Shown here one piece after another: positions 28,174-38,100 of a stretch of DNA of 64,000 bases (its first letter is position 1; every line of letters begins with the position of its first letter). Location of the stretch: contig JAYPJE010000015.1 of NCBI GenBank assembly GCA_038128265.1, positions 17,255 to 81,254 of the forward strand. Direction: 5' to 3'. A program made the position numbers and the translations under genes. The stretch comes from Gemmatimonadota bacterium (GTDB lineage: Bacteria; Latescibacterota; UBA2968; UBA8231). Under the pieces are notes generated by a model. That model had not been told where the DNA came from. It saw only the letters and a program-made list of their open reading frames with translations, and ran no database searches.

Positions 28174-29898
28174 ATGAATAGGCGAAATAGCAGAGACCGA
28201 GACGACGACTACGATTACGACGACTACGACGAGCGCGAAGTCGGTCAGGCCGAAGACGGCGACGAGCCGCTGCGCTTGGTGGACCAGCTCTTGACAATGG
28301 CTGCCGACCGCGATCCGGCGCGTCCGCTGCTCTACCAGCTGCGGCGCCAGTTGATGGAGCGCGAGATTTCCTTTCAGGAGGCCCGGCGCTCTCTTGTCGA
28401 GATGGAAGCGGCGCTGGAAAAGGTCACGGCACCGGCCAACCGGATCGGCATTTTTCTCAATTCGCCCAAAGAAGGTATCGCCAACGTATTCGTCAGCGGC
28501 TCCGAGTACTATGCCAATATCGATCCGCGCGTCGACGCAGAGCGCCTGCGCGCCGGCTGCCGGGTGCTGATCAATGAAGCCTATGCGGTGGTGGGCGATT
28601 TGGGCTACAGCCCGAGCGGCCCGGTCGCCAAAATAGGCGATGTGCTCGAAGGGGGGCGGTTGCGCCTGTCGCAGGCACACGGAACGCAGGAGATCGTGCT
28701 GGAGCGCGGCGCCGAACTGCAGGATATCGATTTGAAGGTGGGCGACGAGGTGCGCGTCGATCCAGCTTTTAAAGTGGCCTTGGAACGACTGCAGTCGTCC
28801 GAGAGCAAGGAGTACTTTATCGAAGACGTGCCGCCGACGCCCTGGGACAGCATTGGCGGTCAGCAGGAGGCCATCCAGGCCATCCGCGATACTATTGAGC
28901 TGCCGGCCCTGCACCCCGAACTGTTCGAGCGCTTTCAGTACAGCACGCCCAAGGGGTTTTTGCTCTACGGTCCGCCCGGATGCGGCAAGACGCTGATCGG
29001 CAAAGCCACGGCCTACAACCTGGTCGAGCACATGCGTCGCGAAGAGGGCTTGGAGCTCGAAGAGTACTTCATGCACATCAAGGGGCCCGAGATCCTCAAT
29101 ATGTGGCTCGGCGAGACCGAGCGCATGGTGCGCGAAGTTTTTGCCCAGGCGCGGCAGAAGCGCAAGGAAGGCTACCTGCCCTTTGTCTTCATAGACGAGG
29201 CCGAATCCATTTTGGGCACGCGGCGTTCGATGCGCTCGCACAATATCTCCAATACCGTCGTGCCGATGTTCTGCACTGAGATGGACGGCATCGAGTCGCT
29301 GCACGACGTGGTCATTATTCTGGCTTCAAACCGCCACGACCTGATCGATCCGGCGATTTTGCGCCCCGGCCGCATCGACCGCAAAATAAAGGTCAACCGC
29401 CCCAACTACGAAGCGGCCAAGGCTATTTTCTCAATCTACCTGACGTCCTCTCTGCCGATCGATGCGGCGGAAGTGGCCGAGCACGGCGGCGAAGAGGCGG
29501 CGCGCGAAGCGCTTGTCCAGCAGGGCGTCGACGAGCTTTTTGCGCGCAGCGAGGAGACGCGTTTTCTCGAGGTTTCACTGCGCTCTGGGCGACAGGAAGT
29601 GCTCTATCGCAGCGACCTTTCCAGCGGGGCGATTATTGCGTCAGTGGTTCAGCGCGCCAAGGAGCTGGCCATCAAACGCGCCATTTCACAGCAGGAGGCC
29701 GGCGCGGGCGTCCGCGCGCAGGATCTGCGTGACGCCGTGCGGCACGAGTATCGCGAAAACGAGGTGTTTCCGCCGTCCGATAGCGTAGAGGATTGGCTCA
29801 AACTGCTCGACTACGAGCCGGAAAATGTGGTCAAGGTGACGCCGGTGCGCCCGCAGGTGGAAAAGGCGCAGGAGACGCGCGCCGGCAAGGTGATCTAG
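28174..29898 (+). CDS. arc: Proteasome-associated AAA+ ATPase (ARC/Mpa homologue)
   Basis: N-terminal coiled coil, Walker A GPPGCGKT, IKGPEILNMWLGETER, Walker B FIDEAE, NTVVP, DPAILRPGRIDRKI; position in the operon. Confidence 0.93.
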   Translation: MNRRNSRDRDDDYDYDDYDEREVGQAEDGDEPLRLVDQLLTMAADRDPARPLLYQLRRQLMEREISFQEARRSLVEMEAALEKVTAPANRIGIFLNSPKEGIANVFVSGSEYYANIDPRVDAERLRAGCRVLINEAYAVVGDLGYSPSGPVAKIGDVLEGGRLRLSQAHGTQEIVLERGAELQDIDLKVGDEVRVDPAFKVALERLQSSESKEYFIEDVPPTPWDSIGGQQEAIQAIRDTIELPALHPELFERFQYSTPKGFLLYGPPGCGKTLIGKATAYNLVEHMRREEGLELEEYFMHIKGPEILNMWLGETERMVREVFAQARQKRKEGYLPFVFIDEAESILGTRRSMRSHNISNTVVPMFCTEMDGIESLHDVVIILASNRHDLIDPAILRPGRIDRKIKVNRPNYEAAKAIFSIYLTSSLPIDAAEVAEHGGEEAAREALVQQGVDELFARSEETRFLEVSLRSGRQEVLYRSDLSSGAIIASVVQRAKELAIKRAISQQEAGAGVRAQDLRDAVRHEYRENEVFPPSDSVEDWLKLLDYEPENVVKVTPVRPQVEKAQETRAGKVI

Positions 29899-29901
29899 CG
29901 C

Positions 29902-31458
29902 ATGCTGCGACTGTGTGGGTTGGAAACGGAGTATGGAATCCAAGTCGACGATGTCGATCATATGGACGTCGTCGTCGAGTCGATGGAGCTAATCCGCTGC
30001 TACCTGCACGATGACTTCGTCGCGCGCTGGAACTACGCGCTGGAAAATCCTCGCCGCGATATGCGCGGTTTTGAAGTCGACGAGCTGCGCAACGACAAAG
30101 ACGAGATGGAGCACCTGCAGCAGGATCGCGCCCGCAAGATTCCGCTCAAGGATCTCAAGAGCGATCTGCTAATTCACAACGGGGCTCGCCTCTACAACGA
30201 TCACACGCACCCCGAGTTTTCCACCCCCGAGTGCTACGATTTATTTGGCCTGGTTGCCTTTGACCGCGCCGGTGAACGCATTCTGCTGGAGTGCGCCCAG
30301 CAGCGCACGGCGACGCGCGGCGGCGGCGTGGTGCGCCTTTACAAGAACAACACCGACTTTGACGGTCATAGCTACGGCACGCACGAAAACTTTCTCATTC
30401 GCCGCGATGTGCCTTTTGATCGGGTTATTGCCGCTCTGCTGCCCTTTATAGCCACGCGCCAGATTTACGCCGGCGCCGGCAAGGTGGGCGTTGAAGAAGA
30501 TGCGCGCGCCGATGGCGGCATATACCAGCTGGCGCAGCGCTCCGATTTTTTTGAGGTCATTACCAGCGTCGACACCATGCAGCGTCGGCCGCTGGTCAAC
30601 AGTCGCGACGAGCCGCACGCCGATCCGACGCACTGGCGCCGCCTGCACATGATCGTCGGCGACGCCAATATGTCGGAGTGGGCAACCGCGCTTAAGGTCG
30701 GCGCGCTGGGACTGGTGTTGGACCTGCTTGAAATGGACGCGGTGCCGGCGTGTGAGCTGGCCGATCCGGTGGGCGCGCTGAAGAGCGTTTCGCGCGACCA
30801 GACGCATCAGTGGCCCGTCGAACTGGCGGGCGGTGGGCACACGTCTGCGCTCGATATTCAGGCCACCTATTGGGAGGCGGCGCGCGAGCGGCTGCAGGGA
30901 CGCGACGGCGAGACGGACTGGGTGCTGGACGAGTGGCAGCGGGCTATTGAGGCGCTTGGCCGCGAACCGGGCGAGCTGCGTGGGCTGTGCGATTGGGTGA
31001 CAAAGAAGTGGCTGTTGGACGCCTTTGCCGAATCGGAAGGGTTGGACTGGAGTCGCCCCGACGATCGCGCCTGGCTGCAGAGCCAGGACTTGGAATATCA
31101 CAACGTCGACCCAGCCGAGGGGCTCTATCTGATGTTGGAGGAGAGCGGGCAGGTGTCGCAGCTGCTCAACGATGAAGAGGTGCGCCGCGCTATGGTGGTG
31201 CCGCCGGCGGATACGCGCGCCTACTTTCGCGGCGTGGCGCTGGAGAAGTTTTCCGCGCAGGTGCGCTCACTCAACTGGGATAGCATTGAGTTTGAGACGG
31301 CAGCGGGCAATGCGCACATCATCGATTTGAAAGGGTGTGTTGATGCGGCGTCGGCCGCATATTTTAACGCGGCGCTCGACGGAGCGAGCAGCGTCGAAGA
31401 GCTGGTGGAAAAACTGGCGGCCTGGCAGCCTCAGGACGCGTCGAAAGGAGAAGCGTGA
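29902..31458 (+). CDS. dop: Dop-like depupylase/deamidase
   Basis: GLETEYGI, Dop-type loop WNYALENPRRDMRGF, NGARLYNDHTHPEFSTPE, YKNNTD, SYGTHEN, RDEPHAD, DLEYH. Confidence 0.9.
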   Translation: MLRLCGLETEYGIQVDDVDHMDVVVESMELIRCYLHDDFVARWNYALENPRRDMRGFEVDELRNDKDEMEHLQQDRARKIPLKDLKSDLLIHNGARLYNDHTHPEFSTPECYDLFGLVAFDRAGERILLECAQQRTATRGGGVVRLYKNNTDFDGHSYGTHENFLIRRDVPFDRVIAALLPFIATRQIYAGAGKVGVEEDARADGGIYQLAQRSDFFEVITSVDTMQRRPLVNSRDEPHADPTHWRRLHMIVGDANMSEWATALKVGALGLVLDLLEMDAVPACELADPVGALKSVSRDQTHQWPVELAGGGHTSALDIQATYWEAARERLQGRDGETDWVLDEWQRAIEALGREPGELRGLCDWVTKKWLLDAFAESEGLDWSRPDDRAWLQSQDLEYHNVDPAEGLYLMLEESGQVSQLLNDEEVRRAMVVPPADTRAYFRGVALEKFSAQVRSLNWDSIEFETAAGNAHIIDLKGCVDAASAAYFNAALDGASSVEELVEKLAAWQPQDASKGEA

Positions 31459-31649
31459 TGAATGCTTTTGAACTGCGCGATCGCATACCGCGTCCCGTTA
31501 AGCCGATGGACGATGGTGGAGGCGAAGGAGATGAGGGGCCGCGCCGCCCAAAAGTCGAAAAACCCGGCGGGGGCGACGACATACTCAAGCGCATGAAGCG
31601 GGTCGATCCAAACCAGGCGCGGCGCTATCGCCAGCGCACGGGTGAATAG
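31458..31649 (+). CDS. ubact: UBact (Pup-analogous ubiquitin-like modifier), 63 aa
   Basis: Small low-complexity protein between dop and prcB ending ARRYRQRTGE (R[ST]G[EQ] signature); AAAGGAG RBS; ATG overlaps the dop TGA. Confidence 0.92.
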   Translation: MNAFELRDRIPRPVKPMDDGGGEGDEGPRRPKVEKPGGGDDILKRMKRVDPNQARRYRQRTGE

Positions 31650-31657
31650 GCGCATCG

Positions 31658-32425
31658 ATGGAAAGCTGTGACTTTCTCGATCTGCTGCGCGAAGGGGGGC
31701 ACCTGCCTGAGGTTGCCTCCATCGGGCAGGGCGAGCGGCCTTTTGAGGATACGGAAGGGACGACTATCCTTGCCGTGCGCTATCGCGACGGCGTGCTTGT
31801 AGCGGGCGACCGTCGGGCGACCATGGGCAACCTGGTTGTCTATGATCGCGCTGATAAGGTGCTGAGTATCGATGACGACTCGGTAATGGCCATTTCGGGC
31901 TCGCCGGCCATCGCCTACGAAATAGCGCGCATGTTGGAGATGTCCATACAGTACTACAGGCGCAGTCAGCTGCAAACGCTCAGCCTCGACGGCAAGCTGC
32001 GGACGCTCTCGCGGCTGCTGCGACAGAACTTGCCGATGGCCATGCAGGGAGTCGGCGCGGTAATCCCGATCTATGCGGCCTTTGACGAGCGCGATGCGAC
32101 GGGCAAAATATTTTTCTACGACCTGCTTGGCGCGACGTTTGAGAGCGTCGATTTTTGCACCACGGGATCGGGGTCGCACATTATTCGCGGTGCGCTCTAC
32201 TACCTGAATCGGTGGGGCGATACGCCCTTGGCGGAGATGGACGAGAACGCCGCGCTGGAACTCGTTGTCAAAATGTTGGAGACGGCGGCCGAGTACGATA
32301 CGGCCACCGGCGGTTATCGCCAGAGTGCGCGTATTTACCCAACGGTTATGCGGGTCAGCGCCAACGGCATTCACTGCGTGGAAGAGGGCGAATTGGAAGC
32401 GATCTTCCAGGGACGGATGGCTTAG
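31658..32425 (+). CDS. prcB: 20S proteasome beta subunit
   Basis: 34-aa propeptide ending in G, then TTILAVRYRDGVLVAGDRRATMG (Thr1 nucleophile); TTGSGS; DTATGG. Confidence 0.93.
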   Translation: MESCDFLDLLREGGHLPEVASIGQGERPFEDTEGTTILAVRYRDGVLVAGDRRATMGNLVVYDRADKVLSIDDDSVMAISGSPAIAYEIARMLEMSIQYYRRSQLQTLSLDGKLRTLSRLLRQNLPMAMQGVGAVIPIYAAFDERDATGKIFFYDLLGATFESVDFCTTGSGSHIIRGALYYLNRWGDTPLAEMDENAALELVVKMLETAAEYDTATGGYRQSARIYPTVMRVSANGIHCVEEGELEAIFQGRMA

Positions 32426-33187
32426 ATGTTAGAGGAACCTTATCGCTGGGTCGAGGCCATGCGCAACCGGCGCGACTACCTAGATGACCAACTGCGCGGC
32501 GCTTCGCCGGTAGTGGCTACGCGCTACGAGAACGGCGTTCTGCTGCTGACAACAACGCCGGGACCGCGCAAAGTATTTGAGGTATACAACGAAATTGCCT
32601 TTGCCGCCATCGGCCACCCCGCCGATATCGAGAAGCTGCGCAAGGCCGTTATCGATATCGCTCATTTAGAGGGTTTTAATCTCTCGGCGAGCGATGTCAA
32701 CTTGCAGCGCTTGGTAAGCTTTGGAATCGGTCCGCTTGTTAAAGGGGCGTTTGATGAAATTTTTCGCTCGCCTTTCTTGGCGCGCGTGCTGCTGGCCGAA
32801 CTGGATCCACCCAGCGGCGACGATGTGTTTTACACCATTGATGCAGACGGGTCGTTTGTGCGCGCTGGCCACGCAGCTGCTGTCGGCAGCGAGGAGAGCG
32901 TAGAGGCCATCGTCGATGCGCTGAGTGAACACCCGCCCGAAGCGGGATTGGATGCCGCCCTAGGAGCTGCGCTCAACGCGTGGGCACGAGGTCGTATGGC
33001 TATGGACCGCGAAGAGGGAGAAGACCAGCCCGGCGAAGGGGACGTCGACGCCTTCCTGCGCGAGGCGCTAGTCGACCTCAAAGTAGAAGCGGCCGTGCTC
33101 GATCGCAGTGTATCAACCAAGTCGAAGTTTCGCCTGTTGGGCGACGACGACTTGAGGACCGTGCTGAGCGCATATCGCGGGGCGTGA
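32426..33187 (+). CDS. prcA: 20S proteasome alpha subunit
   Basis: EPY..., PRKVFEVYNEIAFAAIG, EAAVLDRS, KFRL; directly follows prcB. Confidence 0.88.
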   Translation: MLEEPYRWVEAMRNRRDYLDDQLRGASPVVATRYENGVLLLTTTPGPRKVFEVYNEIAFAAIGHPADIEKLRKAVIDIAHLEGFNLSASDVNLQRLVSFGIGPLVKGAFDEIFRSPFLARVLLAELDPPSGDDVFYTIDADGSFVRAGHAAAVGSEESVEAIVDALSEHPPEAGLDAALGAALNAWARGRMAMDREEGEDQPGEGDVDAFLREALVDLKVEAAVLDRSVSTKSKFRLLGDDDLRTVLSAYRGA

Positions 33188-33189
33188 CC

Positions 33190-34611
33190 ATGAAGGATCG
33201 CATCTTTGGGCTAGAGACAGAGTACGGCTGCTTGCCGCCGGATACCGAGCCCTTCCTGAGTCCAGACTACATATCGGTCAAAACCAAAGACTGCCTGTTT
33301 TTTCGCGAGGGGTTGGGTCTCGTCGACATGCATTACCGCGGCCGCGACGAGCCGCCGGGCAACGGCGGCTTTCTCTTTAACGGCGGCAGGCTCTACATCG
33401 ACATGGGACACGTCGAATACGCTACCCCCGAATGTTCCGGCCTCTTCGACCTAGTGGCCGCTGATCGCGCCGGCGAAGTTATGGTGCAGCGCGCGCTCGA
33501 TCACCTCGATAGCAGCGGCCGCGCCTCCTTTATAAAGAACAACATAGACCACTATACGGGGGCGACCTTCGGCTGCCACGAGAACTATTTGGTGCGTCGT
33601 GAAGTGCCCTTTTCCCAGGTGTTGCTGCCGGCTATGCTGCCGTTTTTCGTCACGCGGCAAATCTTTGCCGGGGCCGGTCGCGTTGGCTGCCATACGGATA
33701 TCTTTGAGTCGGGTGTCGAGCCAGACCAGAGCGTCACGTACCAAATTTCGCAGCGCGCCGACCATATCGTCACGGAAATCTACCAGTGGATACAGTTTAG
33801 CCGCGCCATTATCAATACGCGCGACGAGCCGCTGGCCGATTGGGGGCAGTTTCGCCGTTTGCATCTTCTGGTTGGCGATTCGAATATGTCGGAGTACGCT
33901 ACGGCGCTCAAGGTGGGCACTACGGGTCTGGTGCTGCAGCTCCTAGAGGAGCGCATCGTGCCAGAAATGGGTTTGCTCAACGCCGTGGACGCCATACGCG
34001 ATATTTCGCGCGACGTCAGCTGCACGTGGGAAATCCAGCTAGAAGACGGTCGCTATACGACGGCCATTGACGTGCAGCGCCACTATTTGGATTTGGCAGA
34101 GCGGTATCTGCGCGGGCGCGAAGAGGAGACCGACTGGGTCCTGGACGAGTGGCGCTTTGTGCTGGACGGCCTGCTGCACGATCCGGGCGCGCTGATTGAT
34201 CGCGTCGACTGGATTGCCAAGAAGTCGCTGTTGGAGCAGTTTATGGAAGCCGAGGGCATCGACTGGCACGATCCGTGGTTGCAGAGCTTGGATTTGGAAT
34301 ACCACAATTTGAATCCCAGCAAGGGCCTGTATTTTGATCTGCTCCGGCGCGGCCGCATGAAGCGCGTGGTAGACGAGGAGCGCGTCAACAATGCCATCGC
34401 CAATCCGCCGGCCGACACGCGCGCTTGGGCGCGCTCGCACGTCATGCGCGCGCTGACCGAAATGAAGGCGCGCTACGTCGTCGACTGGGATTCGATTTAC
34501 GTTGAGGACGATCGATATCTCAACATAGATGATCCATTTTGCCTGTACGAATCGGACGCGGATGAATTTATCGAAGAGCTCGGTGCAGATGGCGATGATG
34601 AAGAAGAATGA
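33190..34611 (+). CDS. pafA: PafA-like Pup/UBact-protein ligase
   Basis: RIFGLETEYG, NGGRLYID, GCHENYL, ISQRADHI, SRAIINTRDEP, RRLHLLVGDSNMSE, DLEYH; start placed at ATG 33190. Confidence 0.9.
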   Translation: MKDRIFGLETEYGCLPPDTEPFLSPDYISVKTKDCLFFREGLGLVDMHYRGRDEPPGNGGFLFNGGRLYIDMGHVEYATPECSGLFDLVAADRAGEVMVQRALDHLDSSGRASFIKNNIDHYTGATFGCHENYLVRREVPFSQVLLPAMLPFFVTRQIFAGAGRVGCHTDIFESGVEPDQSVTYQISQRADHIVTEIYQWIQFSRAIINTRDEPLADWGQFRRLHLLVGDSNMSEYATALKVGTTGLVLQLLEERIVPEMGLLNAVDAIRDISRDVSCTWEIQLEDGRYTTAIDVQRHYLDLAERYLRGREEETDWVLDEWRFVLDGLLHDPGALIDRVDWIAKKSLLEQFMEAEGIDWHDPWLQSLDLEYHNLNPSKGLYFDLLRRGRMKRVVDEERVNNAIANPPADTRAWARSHVMRALTEMKARYVVDWDSIYVEDDRYLNIDDPFCLYESDADEFIEELGADGDDEEE

Positions 34612-34688
34612 AAAGTAGCATTGTGCAAATAATTTATTATATTGACTCGTAGTTGACGTACCCACTCCTGCCCCAAGGAGAGTAGTTC

Positions 34689-35144
34689 ATGTTCGCTTCA
34701 GCCAACGCTGCGGTTGGCGGCGTGTTTACGGTTCCGCTCAAGGCGCGTAACCAGATGCGCGTGCCGACGCAGGGCGCGCGCGTGCGCGATGGGTTGGGCA
34801 TCGCCCCCCTGCGCGCTACAGGTGGATCGCCCGGGTCGCTGCAAAAGCCCATGGCCGCGCGCAGTAGTTTAGTGACGCCGCCCGCTTCTGGTGGAGGCAT
34901 CCTTTCGCAGATGCAGGGCCAAGTGCGCAGCGTGAGTCCGCTCACCGCGGGCGTGCGCAGTGCGCATCGCGCCAAGCCGGGCATGTCAGCCGGCGTGCTG
35001 CAGGCGCGGCAAACCGGTCTGCTGGAGCGTATGCGCCGCGCCGATAGCGGCAGTCGCGTGCTGCAGGCGGGTGCCAATCCACTGCGCAACGGAGGCGGTT
35101 TTGGCTTCAAATCCGCTATCAGCAGCATCAATCTTCTCGGATAA
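34689..35144 (+). CDS. Hypothetical highly basic, low-complexity protein (151 aa)
   Basis: AAGGAG RBS 8 nt before ATG; fills the gap between pafA and the protease gene; no recognisable domain. Confidence 0.65.
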   Translation: MFASANAAVGGVFTVPLKARNQMRVPTQGARVRDGLGIAPLRATGGSPGSLQKPMAARSSLVTPPASGGGILSQMQGQVRSVSPLTAGVRSAHRAKPGMSAGVLQARQTGLLERMRRADSGSRVLQAGANPLRNGGGFGFKSAISSINLLG

Positions 35145-35160
35145 GTCGCCGCTGTCCACA

Positions 35161-38100
35161 TTGTACCTATCCCACTTTCTGCGCATTTCTTTCACCTTAT
35201 GGGCGCTTGCCGGCACGGTTTCGGCGAGCGCTTTTGAGTGTGCACTACCCACCCCAGCCGGTAAGCGGCTGCAGGTGGGCAATAGCCTGAGTGCGCTGGT
35301 CATTTTTGCCCAATTTGCAGGACAGGGCGCTGGCTCATCGGCTCCCTCTTGGTCGGCAGACCTGTTTAACCCCTCCGTTCCCGGAAGTTTTACCCATTTC
35401 TACAACGATATGTCGGGCGGGCTGCTGCAGGTGCGTGGTCGCGTCCTGCCCAAGCGCTACAGCGCGCTGGATACTGCCGATGCCTATGTTGCGGCTGAAG
35501 GGGGCGGAGTGGGTCAGTATGGCCTCTTTAACTTGCAGGTGCTGCGCCAGGCTGATGCCGATAGCGACTTTGGAGAATTTGATAACGACGGTCCAGACGG
35601 CGTGCCCAATTCAGGTGATGATGATGGCTATGTCGACATCGTATTTATCAATCTGCACACGGTGCCGCGCGGTTTTTTTATTGGTTCGGCGACGGGACTA
35701 GCCTCGCTGGGATTGGATGCCGACTACATCAGCAATGACGCGGCGGCGGGCGGGGGCTTCGTGCGCGTGCGCAGCCGCTTTAACGGCTTTGGCGGCACGA
35801 CGCAGCGCGGTCATACGTTCAGCGTTACGGCTTCTACAATGTGTCACGAATTTGGCCACGTGCTTGGATTGACCGACTTATTTGATCAGAGCTCGCTCTC
35901 GGCGGCGGGCGAGTTGGATCCGGAGCAAGATTCTGCTGGCATCGGCAAGTGGGGGCTCATGGGATTGGGCACGTTGGGATGGGGCGTTGAAGATGGTCCC
36001 AACGCGTTTAGCGGGCCGACGCTGGCCGAGTTGGGATGGGTCGAGGTCGACGTGTTGGATAAAGCCGCTGCGGGACTCTCTCTCGAAGAAGTCTTTACCG
36101 GGCGCCGGCTGCTGAAAATTCCCGTGAGTCGCTACGAGTACTTTCTACTCGAATATCGACGAGCGGCCGGCTCGTACTACAATCGAAATATTCCGCAGGA
36201 CGGCCTGTTGCTGTGGCATGTCGACGAGCGGGCCGACAACGACGAGGAGCGCCATAAGCGCATCGATCTGGTATGTGCCGATGGGCTCTTTGCCGACAGA
36301 GGGGCGCCGTCGACCGCAGCGGATCCATACGCTGGCCGGGACAACCTCGATTTCTGGTCGCGCGATGCGGCCTATGCCAGTGAGTACAACGGCAACCAGG
36401 GCGACGCGGGCGACCCCTTTGACGGCGTGCGCTATCGGCGCATCGCTTGGGATACCAACCCCGCCCTGCGCGCCCATAGTGGGTCAACGCGCGGCGTCGA
36501 GTTGGCCTGGGCTCTGGAAAATATGCGGCCAGAGGGCAACCAGATGCGCTTTGACTTTGCCGGCACAGCGCGCGAAGGCCATATCGTGGGTCAGGTGCGC
36601 TGGGAGGGAGACGTTCAGCTGAACGGCGACGTAGTCGTGCAGCCCGGTGCGCGCCTAGTGCTAGCCGATGGCGTGCGCGTTGCGCTGGCGCGCGGCGATG
36701 CGCGCGGGGCTGGATTTGATCCGGACCGCAGCGAGCTGATCGTCTATGGCGAAGTGGTGCAGGAGGGAACGGCCGCTTTTCGCTCTTCAGCGGCGACGCC
36801 GGGTGCGCTCGATTGGTCGGGTATTTTTCTGATGGACGGCCAGGCATTGGACGAGGGGGCGCTGAGCGTAGAAAATGCGCGTTTTGGCGTCGTGCGCTTT
36901 CGCCTGCCTCCAGGACAGACGACCTGGAGCGGCGACGTTTCCGTGCGCGGCGACCTACTCGTGCCGGTCGACGCCAAGCTGGTAGTCGAACCGGGGACGC
37001 AGCTGTTTTTTTCCGAAAGCGATATCGCCGTTAACGGCGTGTCGCCCAGCTACGTCGAGCTGGTGGTGGAGGGTGCGTTGGAGGCTCGTGGGCAGATTGA
37101 CGCGCCGCTGCGCTTTACGACGGCACCGAACCCGCAAGACGACCAACTATGGTATGGGGTGCGCCTGCTGCCATCGGCGCGCACGGACGTCGCGTTTGCC
37201 CAGTTTGACCATGTGGGCTTCGCCTTTAGCGGCGAGATTGGCCGAAATGGATCGCTGCGCGTGGCTGATGCGGTCCTGCGCGATGCGGCCGGCGGTGGCG
37301 CCAGCGTGACGCTGGTCGGTGAAGCCGGTTTTGAGCGCACGCTGTTTACGCGCATTACCGGACCGGCGCTGCGCGTTGATGGCAGCGGGCAGGTGACGCT
37401 GCGCCAGGCGCGCATTGTCGGCAACGGCCAGGAGGGCATCGTGCTCAATAACGCCTCGCTGCTGGCACTGGACGTAGAAATCACCAACAACGGTTTGTTG
37501 GATGGAGAAGACCCGCGCTCGGGTCTGCGCGCCGTCGGCGGTGGGGGACAGAAAATCGAGCTGTGGAACGCGACGGTTGAACGCAATAGCAAGCACGGAA
37601 TTGAATTGGTGGACTGGCTTGGGGAAGTGGAACTATACGATTCCTTTGTCAACGCGAACTATCGCGATGGCCTGCGCGCCGGTCGGCTCAAAAAGTTGGT
37701 GTTTGAGCAGGTTGACGTGCAGCGCAATCTGGGTGGAGGTGTCGCCGTTGACAGCGCCTACGTAGAGCTGTGGACCAGTTATGTGCTGGGCAATGTCGGC
37801 GACGCACTCTACCTGGGACCCGGCAGCACGGGAGCCATTGAAATGGGACACTTCGGCGGCGGGCCGGGCACCGTGCTCGATCGGGTGGGAACGCTTTTTG
37901 TGCGCACCAGCACGTTTGAACGCGCTCCCGTTGGATTGCGCCTGATCGACGGCGATCCCGTGCTGGAAAAAAATCGTCTGATCGGCAATGCCGTGGCTCT
38001 CCGCATCGAGGGCACTCGCGTGCCGTCGGTCGTGCGCAGTAATGCGTTTCTCGATAACGCTACGGCGGTTGAAAATCTGACGAACCGGGCGCTGCAGGCG

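Noticed and set aside
28153..29304. 383-aa ORF antisense to arc (and similar long antisense ORFs at 30241-31101, 38582-39427, 53687-54538)
   Set aside because: Shadow frames of well-supported genes in GC-rich DNA; no recognisable motifs.
32980..33189. N-terminal extension of pafA in the ORF track
   Set aside because: Overlaps prcA; the family N-terminus (RIFGLETEYG) begins at ATG 33190.
34960..35160. N-terminal extension of the 1182-aa protease ORF
   Set aside because: Overlaps the RBS-supported 151-aa ORF; a signal-peptide-like sequence begins only near 35161.
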